Positions 37,318-49,069 of a stretch of 64,000 nt of DNA are shown here, one piece after another. How positions within the stretch are numbered: the first letter of the stretch is position 1; each line of letters begins with the position of its first letter. The notes below the pieces were generated by a model. The model saw nothing but the letters and a program-made list of their open reading frames with translations, searched no databases and was not told where the DNA came from. The position numbers and the translations under genes were made by a program. This DNA is from Daphnia carinata (taxonomy: Eukaryota): the NCBI RefSeq assembly GCF_022539665.2, contig NC_081332.1, forward strand, positions 7,006,001 to 7,070,000. Direction: 5' to 3'.

Positions 37318-39190
37318 TTAGAGATTTTCAATCTCCATATGATCTCTCCCGCCGTCTCCGGGTGGAGCGCTGTCACACTGTTCATGAGCGATAAGACCCT
37401 GATGTAACATGTAGAATTTAAGCACTAAGAACACTATTCCACACATAAAAAGAATGTTGAAAGCCACTAACTCGTAAGGATAACGAGTAAGGTAAATTCT
37501 TTTTGTTTTTCTTTTTCCATAATTAAATTGTGAATTTGCTCTCCAGTCATTTCAGATGACAACGTTGCTTGTGCGTTGCGATGAAGCAGCTGACTGATGA
37601 TGTCTACAAACGAAGTATTTTCTCGTGGAAGCTCGACGAAAGTCTGCTTTTTGCCATCCATTGCTTGGACATCTTGAGCAAAAACTTTCACTGTTGGTAG
37701 AACAATTGCTTGCAGTTATACTTCCTTCCATGCTGGCTGGGAATACCCATTCTTCGGTTCGAGCGGTGTATCCCAAAGTTACTTCAAACATTCCTACAGC
37801 TGGTAACGTTGTTGTTCTCAAAGGTGGCTGCTCTCCTCCTGCTGGACATGAAAACACAATCTCGTGCGGCTTTGTGGCTGAGTAGACCCATTGATTGGAT
37901 CCCATGTAAACTACTTCAGGCCCGCGCCAGTCTGTGAACTTCTTTTTGTATTGTGTATTGATTCGGGCCGAATCATTTAAAAAGACAGCTGTTGCGCAGG
38001 ATTTTCGGGCTGTTCTCTTGCTGATGCCGGTATGAAATTTACAAAGTGGTCGTCCTATCTTACTGCAGTCTTTCACATCTTCCTTGGATAATTCTAGGTA
38101 CGTTTCGAGGTCGGCAGACACAGCAAGGTATTCTGGTAGATTTCCGAAAAGGACACCATGTGTTCCATTATCCGTAGCTGCCGGCAAGTTGTTTATTTCG
38201 GAAAGCTTGTATTGCTGGCTGTGATCGAAAATGGGAACATTTATGAAGAGGCGAAACGAGTTTTCCATGGCCGCCACGGTGACAGTTGATTCTCGGTAGG
38301 CGACCCAAAGCTCTTCACTGGAGATAGACCACCCTCTTGGTAATTTCTCGTATATCATTTTAATAAATTTATTGAATCTTGCTGGAGAGACAATTTGTGG
38401 TGCCAAATGTTCGTTGGCCAGCAGACTAAAGCCGACGTCGAGACTATCGGCTAAGTGTTGTAGCCACTACAAGATCTGGTTCATCGCTTCAAATGTTTCA
38501 TCCAGTTAGATGTTATTCTCGAAGTGATTTAGTTCTAGCTTTTTTATGTTCACCATCCTTTCCGTGAGGTTTGTTGTAACATTACTTAGTAGGGAATACT
38601 GGCCTCACAGCTCTCTGATGAGTTTTGCGTTTGTTCTGGACTCCCAAAGTGATTCATTTACTATTGTTGCTTATTTATCGATGATGTGAATTACTTCTCT
38701 CTGATCTCAAGCAACAAGTTGTACTTGATTGTTTAATTCTTCTAAATCTTTTTGTGTTGAAACTCCAAATAATCATTTCAGGATTGATCCTCCATCGTCA
38801 ACGAGACTTCGACGATTTATCTGGTGAGGATTTTAGGCTTTTCTAATGTTTGTCAATCGGTCTGCTACATTCTCCATTCCTTTTAGGATTGTTTCCGTTC
38901 TGCTAGTGATTCTTCTGGCTGCTATCCGTTGTGGTCGTGAACCTGTATTCTTCCACTTTTCTGCCACTTGCTGTTGTTGGATTATCTTCTGCTTCAAGTA
39001 TGCTGTTGCTGTATCGGCCACTCCCAAGTCAAGGTCTGTTACGATGGTCCACGATGATTCCCTGAACGCCACATCGGTTTGTTGTTTAAATATTGCGTTT
39101 TCCCTCAGGATCAGTGAGTTGCTTGACAGCGTCCCAATCAGAAAGATGAGGAACGGTACGAGTAGAGTGAGATATGTCGCTGGAGGTCTT
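37318..39190 (-). pseudogene. env: baculovirus F / errantivirus-like class I fusion protein
   Basis: Hydrophobic leader YLTLLVPFLIFLIGTLSS; cleavage site and fusion peptide INRR/SLVDDGGSILK*LFGVSTQKDL; heptad region; Cys-rich region (DCSKIGRPLC..SCATAVF..NQWVYS..FSC); C-terminal TM LVAFNILFMCGIVFLVL. Confidence 0.85.
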
Positions 39191-39258
39191 CTACTACGGA
39201 TGGGTCTTCATGTGGAAGTTGGCGTGATTACTTCCGGAGTGGGCGGGACCACCTCATT

Positions 39259-42200
39259 TTATTCGATGTCTGGTGATTCACCGCTCTGTTCTACTAGTTT
39301 TTCTTCTGGATCAGCCTGAGTTTGTGGATCACTTGAAGGAGGTATCTCTTGTATTTCTTCTTCTTGATGATTTTCATCTTCTTTCTCTGAGACTTCTTCG
39401 GTAATGCTAGGACCTGACACAGCTTCGTGGAATGATTTCATCCGCACTACGTGAACGATGTCTGTTTTCCCTCGGCCCGTTGCCGGTATCACTTCATAGT
39501 TTACTGGTGTGGTTTGTCTCAACACTTTAAATGGTCCTAGCCAACGGTGAAGAAGTTTTTCTGATTTTCCCACTTTGGCACAGGCTTGTACACCAACACT
39601 AAATCTCCTTCTTTGAATGTCAATTCTCTATGGCGTGCATCGTAAGTTTCTTTTTGCTTTTGCTGTACACGCTCCATTCTAATTTTCACTTTTTCTTTAG
39701 CTGCTGCTAAGCCTGCTATTAAACGATCTGCATATCCCAATGCTGCTGCTTCTTCTTCCAGCAATGGGTTTGGATCTGCTTCCACCTTCAAATCGATGGG
39801 AAGTCTTGGCTCACGTCCGTAGAGGAGAAAGAATGGTGAATATCCCGTAGACTCTTGTCTGGCTGTGTTGTATGCGAAGCACACGTACTGCAAGGTTTCA
39901 TCCCAATCTCGTTGAACACTGCTGACGTACATTGAAAGCATTGCTGCCAATGTATGGTTCATCCTTTCCACTGCTCCATTTGCCTGAGGGTGGTAACTAG
40001 AAGTCGTCTTGTGGTTGGTAAGTAGTTTCTTCACAACAGCTTGAGTTAGATCGGCGATGAAGCACTTTCCTCGATAGGTAATTATTTGTTCTGGAGCCCC
40101 ATGGCGTAGAAAGATTTGTTGAACGAAAAACTCTGCAACGTCGTCTGCCTTTCCAGTGGGCATGGCTTTTAACTCAACCCATTTGGTTAGGTAATCAACT
40201 GCGACTATAATCATTCTGTTTCGTTTTGTGGAGAGCGGGTATGGCCCTAGAAGGTCCATTCCTATTTTTTGAAACGGTCTTTCCACTTTGATGCATTGTA
40301 GAAGTCCTGGAGGATTATCTGGAACTCCTTTTCTGTTCTGACAGTTAACGCAAGTCTGCACATGACGAACTATTTCTAGTGTCATCTTCGGCCAGTAGAA
40401 ACGATCACAATTTTTTTGCAATGTGCGACTGATGCCAAGGTGACCAGAGACAAGTCGTCATGGTATGCGTATAGGATTCTTTCACGATAGTCAACAGGTA
40501 CGCATAATCTTCTGTAATTTTTTCCATTCTTTATTGTTTCTTTGTTGACTTTTTCATTGTTCATCACAAAATTTTTTACTCTTGCTTTTCCACTTTGGAT
40601 TTTTTGAATTAGCTGATTTCAATTACTGCAGGCTTTTTGCTTGTCTGCTAGGGACTCGTTTTTTTCTTCGGAGAGTGTTGGGTCATCTGTTAGTGCCCCT
40701 ATGACGACACAACGGTCGTCTTCTAGCTCCTCCTTTTTTGGTAATGGATTTCTGGAAACACAATCTGCGTTGTCATGCGTTTTTCCACTGCGATATACAA
40801 TCGTGATATCGTATTCTTGTAGCGATAAGCTCCAACGTGCTAGACGGCCTGCTAGGTCTTTTTTGCTCATCAACCACCATAGAGCTTGGTGATCTTGACG
40901 ACTTTCACTTTATAGACCCATAGAAAACATCTAAACTTGGAGAGACACCACACTAATGCAAGACACTCTTTTTCAGTTATGGAATAGTTCCCTTCCGATT
41001 TAGTCAGTAAACGGCTGGCGTATGCGATGGGACGTTCTGCTTCATCTATGCGCTGGGCTAGTACACCTCCTATCCCGTATCCGCAGGCGTCAGGAAAAAT
41101 TTCCATCGGCAAGTCGTAGTTGGGATGGGCTAAAACTGGAGCTGAAGTAAGCGCTTTTTTCAGGGTGTTGAAACTGTTAGCCTGATCTTCTCCACACACA
41201 AGCGGAATTTTTTTTTCGTGCGTGACGTGAGTGGGCGAGCAATTGAAGCGATACCTTGGATATGACGTCGACAGTATGAACATAGGCCCAAAAAACTTTT
41301 CACTCGTTTAACTATGTTCGCTGTTGAATGGCCTTCACTAGGTGATGGGAAGTTTGAGACTGCCTAGTGCTTTTCAGGATCTGGTGCTACACCGTCTTTT
41401 GAAATCAGATGTCCCAAAACTTTTAGAGTGTGTTCTAGGAATAAGTATTTTGACCACTTTAGTTTTTAGTTTCAATCCAGCTTTCACAAGGCAACTCAGC
41501 ACTAAGCGAAGACGTTCCAAGTGTTGTTGGAAAGTTGCTAAGTAAATTATGACGTCATCCAGGTATATCAGACATGTTGTCCAGCGAAGTCCAGCCAAAA
41601 TAATGTCCATGGCTCTCTGAAAAGTGCCTGGGGCATTAGTTAGACCAAACGGAAGAGTGCGAAACTGGTACAATCCATCTGCAATGATGAAGGCTGTCTT
41701 CTGTCTATCACTGCTAACCACTGGAACTTGGTGGTATCCTGCTTGCAAATCCATACTTGAAAAAAATGTAGCTCCTTCTAGCGGACTCAGTGTATCGGCT
41801 ATGCGTGGAAAGGGGTAGGAATCTTTAACTGTTACCGTGTTGAGCTTGTGATAATCTACACAAAAACGCAAAGTTCCGTCTTTCTTCTTCACCAGAACCA
41901 CTGGGGAAGACCAAGGGCTGTAAGACGGTTCAATTACTCCTCGACGTAACATTCATTCCACTTAATTTTGAACTACAGCTCTTTCCTTCCAAGCGCTTTT
42001 GTAAGGGAGTTGATGTATTAGGGAAGCTGTTCCGGTATTAATGTCATGTTTGACTACTGCACAGTATCCCAAATCATCTTCATTTAGTGCAAAACAGTGG
42101 ATAAGCTGTTTGAGAATTTTTTGTGTTTCTTCTTTCTCTTCCTTTGTTAGACCCGTTCTAATTCTTCCTTCTAGGTGTTCTAACAATTGCTTTTCATCTT

Positions 42201-42490
42201 GATTCAAATCTTGTTCCTCGAATGAGGTGTCGATCGCTAGCACTTCTTGGCTTGTTTCTATTTCTTTTGTTTCAGGATGTTCTTCTAACGTCTCTAAGGT
42301 CACTCTTTTTTCTATCCAAATCGTTTTCGGAGACAAGTTGGCAACAGGAATTTTTTCTAAATCTTTTTGTACTAGTGCATGACCAGGCGATAGGCTACTT
42401 GTTGCTAGCAATGACTCCGAGGGTGTCACAATGCAGGAGCCTTCCATCTTGCTGGAAACTGTTCTTGAAATTTGCTTGATTGAGTATGCT
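39259..42490 (-). pseudogene. pol: RT, RNase H and integrase (protease missing)
   Basis: RFCVDY, LPFGLTNAPGTFQ, YLDD; DACGYGIGGVL, EKECLA; GMDLLGP, YHPQANGAVERMN, WLGPFKV; several frameshifts. Confidence 0.95.
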
Positions 42491-42494
42491 GGAG

Positions 42495-43724
42495 TTTACA
42501 GATGGATTCTCTTTTGAAGTTGTCCCTGATCCAGCGTCCTTTGCGGGGCTTTTATACTGTTCTGATTCAGGATTTCTGAAACAGTTCCGGGCAATGTGCC
42601 CTGCTTTCTTACAGTAAAAGCACTGTGGTTTACCGCTTGTTGTGCGTCCTTTGGGTCTGAATGGCCCTCTTGGTTTCGCTTGCTCTTGACTGCCTTGTTT
42701 AAACAATTTTTCACAAGTTTCTTGAATTACTTCACGCATCGTCTTTAAAAGATCTGCTTGTTGATCAGGATCGACCACTGAAAGGTTTGGAACTTGTTCA
42801 AACGAATTTTGGGGCTCTGTCATGGGTTCCTTCCATCCTCTAGCATCTGACATCATCGATGTCTCCGTATAGACTTTTGCCAGTTCTAAGAATTCTTCAC
42901 ACGTTTGTGGCTTCTGAGGATAGATTTTTCTAAAAAGTGCTGGTCGAAGGCCTGTAAAAAGATGCTCTAGACGGTGGATTTCCGACATATTCGGATCGAC
43001 CAGTCTGCAAAGACTAAGAATTTCGTAGTAGTACCTGGTGGTCGGCTCGTCCACCCCTTGGGTTCTACTTCTGAGTCTAGTTTCTTGAAAAAGACCATAA
43101 GAATTGGGCTAAAATTCTTTCAAAAATACCGAACGTAGACCGGGAACTGCAGGTCTTGCTTGGTTTTCTCCGGCAGCCGGCTGTGCTGCCACATCTTGCC
43201 AGTCGTTTGGCACTCTTGCAAAGAAGAAGCAATTTCTTGCGGCATCATCCAAGTACATGCAAAAATTATTACGTTTGTCCGCGTCACCCCAACCATTGTG
43301 GGTAGAGATAGTCTCGTAGCGCTCTAACCATTGACGAGCGTCTTCCGTTGGGCTACCTCGAAAAATAGGAGGACTTATAAATTTTCTCCCAGTCGACATG
43401 ACTGTTTCTTGCAATTGTCTTGGAGGTCCGAAAATGTGTTCCTATCGGAGGAACAACCGGGTGCGTGGGTTCTATTAAATCTTGTTCGGAGTCAGAACTT
43501 GATTCTAACTGACTTGCAGGATTTTCAAACCCTCTCTGGCGAATCGTCTCTGTAGATGACGTCGCTAAATCTTCTCTTGACGTAGAAATTTCAGAATCTT
43601 GTGCCTCGTTAGCTTCTGTGGTCTCGTTACCAGACAGCGCGGTGGGCAGGTCACGAAGCGGGTGCAATCGTCTACTTGGATCCCGGGGGAAACTAGGTAA
43701 ACGTGAGCTATTCTTCTTCTGCAT
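42495..43724 (-). pseudogene. gag with CCHC zinc knuckle
   Basis: PPIFRGSPTEDARQWLERYE, YYYEILSLCRLVDPNM, CFYCKKAGHIARNC; one frameshift and one stop. Confidence 0.9.
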
Positions 43725-43772
43725 CGACTATCTTTAAAGCAGCACTAATTCGTTAACAACGGGTAACGAGCT

Positions 43773-43784
43773 GCATCTCCACCA
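43773..43784 (-). promoter_or_regulatory. Primer binding site, tRNA-Ala type
   Basis: Minus strand TGGTGGAGATGC, 2 nt after the 5' LTR; complementary to tRNA-Ala ...GCAUCUCCACCA. Confidence 0.8.
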
Positions 43785-43786
43785 AT

Positions 43787-44141
43787 TGTCACACTGGACT
43801 GTAAATGATTTGCATTGAGTTTTAGGAAAGAATACAAAACATAGCAGAAATGAAGAATAACTACTCTTTTACTTAACTGAACACAGGAACGTGAAGAGAA
43901 CTTAGGGAATTCCGGGAGAGAACTAACTGAGGGCTAAAAATGTAGGGGCTTTTATACCACCGTGAGGGATATACGCCCCATCTCTAGGGTTGCATGAATT
44001 CTAGGATTTAATTATCTTTTCTATTATCGGCGTGTTGTAGCATCCTTTTTTTCAAGAGAAGCTGTATTGTACGCAATTCAAACGTTGGTTGTCACGTCTT
44101 TTCCGAAATGACAATCACGTCACTATTTTCCCCTCGCGACA
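43787..44141 (-). repeat. 5' LTR
   Basis: Direct repeat of 36247-36609, adjacent to the PBS. Confidence 0.95.
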
Positions 44142-44658
44142 ATATTGGCTCGACCCTTCAATCTAAATTGAATTCTTGTAATACGCACGGATCCCTTTCA
44201 TATCTGGAATTGAAGTGTTTAAAAGAATTCTTGACCCTACTGGAACCCTTCAAAATTGTAACAGTCGTTTTCCAGAAGAATACGGAAACCGTAGGACTGG
44301 ATGTTTCATTTTATTTGGATTTGGTAAATGAATGTTCATTGGATCCAAAAATAAATCAAGATGCGAAATTCATAATTTTGTGTAAAAGCATGGCAAAAGA
44401 ATTAAGTATACATCTCACTAAACGATTGAGTTACAGAAGACACTTTGCTTTGTATTGGGTGTGTAACGTTGAAGTCAATAATATGGTATTGTTACTATTT
44501 CTGAAATTTTGTGAACTATTGCAGGATCACTGCTTGGTTCAAGTATAAAGGGAACGTGGATAACAGCAGCCGGAGAAGAAGAAGACGTCATTGCTACTAC
44601 TTAAGAATTAATTAGTTTGCGCTATAGTGCAGTCTGATAGAAAAACACTTTTATTTTC

Positions 44659-45524
44659 GGTAGCCGGTGAAATAGGACTGAAACGAAATAGGACTGAAAA
44701 TTTCCAGTCCTATTTCTACCGGAGAAATAGGACTGACTTTTAAAAACTTTAGGGCCAGTCCTATTTCTCCTTAGAAATAGTTCTATTTCATTTACCTTGT
44801 TTTAAAGGGAACGATGAGCCTCCAATCCGGGCAATGTATTACTTAAGAGCGGCGGCTTATTATCCATTTCCCTTTTTAAAAAACTGATGGTGTTAACTCA
44901 TTAGATAAATGGTTCACAAAACTTTTTTTCTTATCCTATTTTAATTTAAATTACAGGAGAACATGAACTATATTGTATTTAATAGAGTTCATTTAACAAA
45001 CCACTATTAGACATACTACAGAAATATTTATTACTTATATCGCACATTATGTTGTCATAACCAACTTTTCCAATTGAACTAATGTTTTACTATTTCATAC
45101 ATCTTTCGTTATATACAGCTCTTACATATTCTGATTTTGCTCTAATAATATTTTATTAAATGAACTCTAATAGATTCAAAATAATTCATGTTCCCCAGCA
45201 ATTAAAATTAAAATAGGATAAGAGATAAAACATTTGTGAACTATTTAAATAATGAGTAAACGCCATCGGTTTTTGAAAAAGAGAAATGGATATAAGCCAG
45301 CGCTCTTACGCAATATATTGCTATATAATAATATTGCCTATCGGATTGGAGGCTCATCGTTCCCCTTGGAACAAGATAAATGAAAGAGAACTATTTCTAA
45401 GGAGAAATAGGACTGATGCCATGGAGAAATAGGACTGTCCTAAAAGTTGTTAAAAGTCAGTCCCATTTCTCCCAGTCCTATTTCTCCAGTCCTATTTCGT
45501 TTCAGTCCTATTTCACCGCCGATC
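44659..45524. mobile_element. Foldback/Mutator-like palindromic MITE
   Basis: ~340-bp inverted arms with repeated gaaataggactg and a ~150-bp spacer; 8-bp near-TSD TTATTTTC / TTATATTC. Confidence 0.85.
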
Positions 45525-45662
45525 TTATATTCATGCGTCTTATGCACATTTGTGTCTTATGTGAGCTGCTTTATACTGTCGAAATAATTATTTAAAATTT
45601 TAGGTGAAAACGAAGAAGTGAAGGCAATGAAGACAACTCTGGCAATGGTGGTGAAGATGATA

Positions 45663-46614
45663 GGGGAGACCGGACCCATCTTGGACACCGTACCAAGTTG
45701 TACAGTGCCGCAAAAAATATAAGATGTAATAATAAAAATATAATATTTATAGATTTTGTTTGAAACAGGTTTTTTTAAATAGTGTAAAAGTTTGAGTTTC
45801 GTGTCTTAATTATTTACTGAGTTATTTAATAAACAAAAAAATGAGAAAAAGTTTGTATTTTTTTGGTTCCTTATTGGTGATTTTTTCCTAAGTTATCTTA
45901 CAATTATTTGTTTATAAATAATGGCAGTAAGTAGAGCAGAGATTAATTAATAATATTTGAAAGTAAAAATAGTTTTAGTGATACAACTTTAAACATATCA
46001 GTTTTCCTGCGAAAGCTATTTTTTGGGGCCAAGTTGTACAGACGGCATGGGTGATATTGGACACGAAATAGGCGTGCAATGGAGGAGTTAAGTCAAAGCG
46101 TGAAAGTTTGAAATATTTCAATTTAACGGAACATGTAGAATATAGCTAAAGTTTATTCATATTTTTTATCTAAATTAAAAAAAAAAATTATCGAAATGTG
46201 TTGGCTCCGCCTCCTCCTATGTCTTCCCTATCAGTAAAATAAAAATATTTCAGGTATAACAAAAGTCTTTTATTTCATGTAACATCTTATTAAGACTGCA
46301 TTTAAATTGTTCCCTAATTTAATACCAATAAGCTACAATAAAAGTAAAATTTTAAAACAACTCATTCTACCTATTTTGACCCCGTCCAAAGTGGTACAGG
46401 TGTCAGTCCAAAGTCACCCCGGTTCGGTCTAAACTCACCGCAATATATAAATCGTAATAAATACTAAAAAAATTACATTACATTCCTGAAAAAATTTCAG
46501 GGGGTGGAGGAAAAGTAGTAAATTCATTTTTAACAAATTTTGCGAATTTTGCGTAAGTGGGATAGTAAATATTGGGGTAAAACCGAAACTGTCCAAGATG
46601 GGTCCGGTCTCCCC
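45663..46614. mobile_element. TA-targeting non-autonomous DNA element (Tc1/mariner-pogo-like MITE)
   Basis: Perfect TIR GGGGAGACCGGACCCATCTTGGACA flanked by TA on both sides; second partial copy at 9935-10731. Confidence 0.9.
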
Positions 46615-48741
46615 TAGATGACGCATACAGCAAATGAAAATCTTTCAGCTACTCCTGTTCATAAGCGAACAAGACAATCCTTCCGACCTTTACTTGCCAT
46701 CGTACTCGTTCGCCCTCGAAATTAGTCATGGGGTGTATTGAAAGTGCACGATAAATTTGATAGTTATTTCAAAAAGTCTCGAATTGTCAATAAAAAGGGT
46801 CAATTTGATCTCCATTTTAGCCCGTGTGAATATTGGAACCTTAACCAACACAGATTCCGAGCCTTACCCCCCAATTGCAAGGGATATTATGGGAATGCCA
46901 TGTTCTTCCGCTAATACTAAACGTGCATTTGACACGGTAGTTGACATTTTGTCAACAAAACGAAACAAAGCAAACCCAAATTATTTGACGTACTTGTGTT
47001 CATAAAACGAAATGCTCATCTCTTGGAAACTGTCAATCGCCAAAAAAAAAAACGAATACATCGGATTTGACTTGGATTTGATTTGAATTTTTTTTTTTAA
47101 TGAAACGATTTGGATTTCGGCCTTATTTTCAAAGATTTCATTTGAAAACCGATTTTTTCACGTGATTTGATTTGGATCCGATTTGACGGAACTGTTTTTC
47201 GATGATTTAGTTTTAAGTTTAAAAAACTACTAAATCCAATACGTGCATTTTATCTTGATTAAATCTTATTTTATTTGATAGGATAAGCTTTAGCTAATCC
47301 AAGATGCATTTTCGGAGAAATTGACGTAAATTGTCACTACTGTTACACCAGTATATTCCAGTATTTGAGCACACGCCTAAATACTTTAAAATAAAGAAAA
47401 AAGAAGCAAGTTTGAACCTGGCTTTTATTCTGTTTTAAATTTAAAAATTCAAAGTAAAGAAATAATAGCCTATTTCTTTTTTTAAAACAATTTGAATTGA
47501 AAAATTGATCGAAAAAGTAACATAAAAGAAGTAGTTTGATTGAACTGTATATATTTGATTTTTAAGTTACATTTTAAATTTCCTGTTAAATGAAGTCTAA
47601 AAATTATTTCGTTACCGTTTAAAAAGCAAAAAAACAATGTCAAACGAACGAAAAGCCAAACGTTTCGGTGCAGTTCTAATGGTTGTTTCTGTTCATAGGC
47701 GGTTGGGTACGTATCTAGGCCCAACCAGTGCCAGGAAAAAACAGTTCAAAAACCCGATTACACTGCTTTGTACCTCGTCTGCCCCACATGTAACTCATTG
47801 AATTATTTTTAATTCACGTCACTTTGTCGCCATTTTCTTAAGTTTGTGGAAGGTAGTAATGGTTACATTGGTATTTCGAGCCGAAACAAACTACTTTAAA
47901 AATGCCTTTCAGGGTAGTAACAGATTGGTCTGTTTTCGGCCAGGTCTGTGCGGTTTGACAGGCATGAGATGATCTCTTTCTCCTTGTAATACACAAATAA
48001 AATCATTATTATCAAGAAAACTATTAGTCTGAAATGAACAAATAGCAATGATAGCCCTTGACTAGTGCTATCCATTTTTCTAAATTTTTGCAGAAGAATT
48101 TTCATTTTAATTCAAGTTTCAGAAGGCATGGTATTTTTACTTATGGCTATTAGGTCGAGCGCAAAAACTAAAATAAAATTGTGTTTCAACTTTGTTGTTT
48201 ATAAAGTTTCTTTTACAAATTTTACAGAAATAAATAGCCCTTGATGAGAGCTATCTATTTATCAATATTAGCTATCTTTTATTTCTGTGAAATTTGTGTA
48301 ATTGGAGTTTATAGCTTTTCCGATAATAACAATTTTTATTTGATGCACAACTGAGAGAAGAGGAAAAAAAATGACAAATTTGAAGCTTTTGGTCCTTCGT
48401 TTAGGGCGTCGTTTTTTATTTTTAAACAAGAGAAAGGCAATTGTTAGATTCCTCTTCAGATAAAAAAAGTTGTAGTGTGTTTGGAAACTAAGTCTAGTTA
48501 TTTATAACTGAAAGTATTTAAGCTTGCAAAAAAATATCGGGAGGTACTGCCGTGATAGTAATGACAATTTTAAATCTTTTCATGAAAACGCATTGTTACT
48601 TAAAAAACAATATTCTATGAAATGAAAGTTTTATTAAGATGCATTACGTATAAATTAAAACAAAGAATGAATGTAATAATGTGAAGAAGAGATGGCACTG
48701 ATATTCAGCAACTGCCATGAAGAAAACGACGGCACATATAG

Positions 48742-48965
48742 TGTTGAAATATATGATATATATTCCTTCAAACCTATTATAACCCATCTGGCGATGCTGT
48801 ATTCGTATCCCCTCTTTCTTTGCTCTGCTCTCCCCTTATAATTCAGACGAACTGTATGTGTGTCTAACTACTTGTCTTGTCGACCGCATGTGCGGAGTAA
48901 AATCTCAAATAAAGAAGTACCAACGAAGTGTCAGCAGTTAAGTAATTTGTTAATTAAACCCAACA
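48742..48965 (+). repeat. Copia 5' LTR
   Basis: TGTTG...CAACA termini. Confidence 0.97.
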
Positions 48966-48979
48966 GGTTATGGGCCCAG
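48966..48979 (+). promoter_or_regulatory. Copia-type PBS (internal half of initiator tRNA-Met)
   Basis: GGTTATGGGCCCAG immediately after the LTR, as in Drosophila copia. Confidence 0.85.
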
Positions 48980-49069
48980 GTTTGACTAAGGTATATCTGA
49001 TTAAAATAACAAAGCTGCGTATTCAAATCTAACCAAAGCTGCACATCACATTCTTCAACAAAATTAAAG

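Larger units (their letters stand above)
36247..44141 (-). mobile_element. Two-LTR, env-bearing Ty3/Gypsy provirus (endogenous retrovirus-like), defective
   Basis: Two similar LTRs, 4-bp TSD ATAT (36243-36246, 44142-44145), PBS, PPT (ttgaagaaaggggacc, 36610-36625), gag-RT-RH-IN-env order. Confidence 0.95.
32700..47250 (+). pseudogene. hAT (ZBED-like) transposase pseudogene split by four nested insertions
   Basis: Motifs in order: SNFI.HL (~32860), DNLPSAIV..IIPSIY (33030-33150), VTDNASNM (~33351), HQVQLVIK (~33655), TRWNS (~36191), LLEPFKIVT (~44240), PCSSANTKRAF..ILSTKR dimerisation domain (~46900); gattt subterminal repeats to ~47250. Left end not located. Confidence 0.85.

Noticed and set aside
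38846..39319. Plus-strand ORFs overlapping the retroelement genes
   Set aside because: Antisense shadows of minus-strand coding frames.
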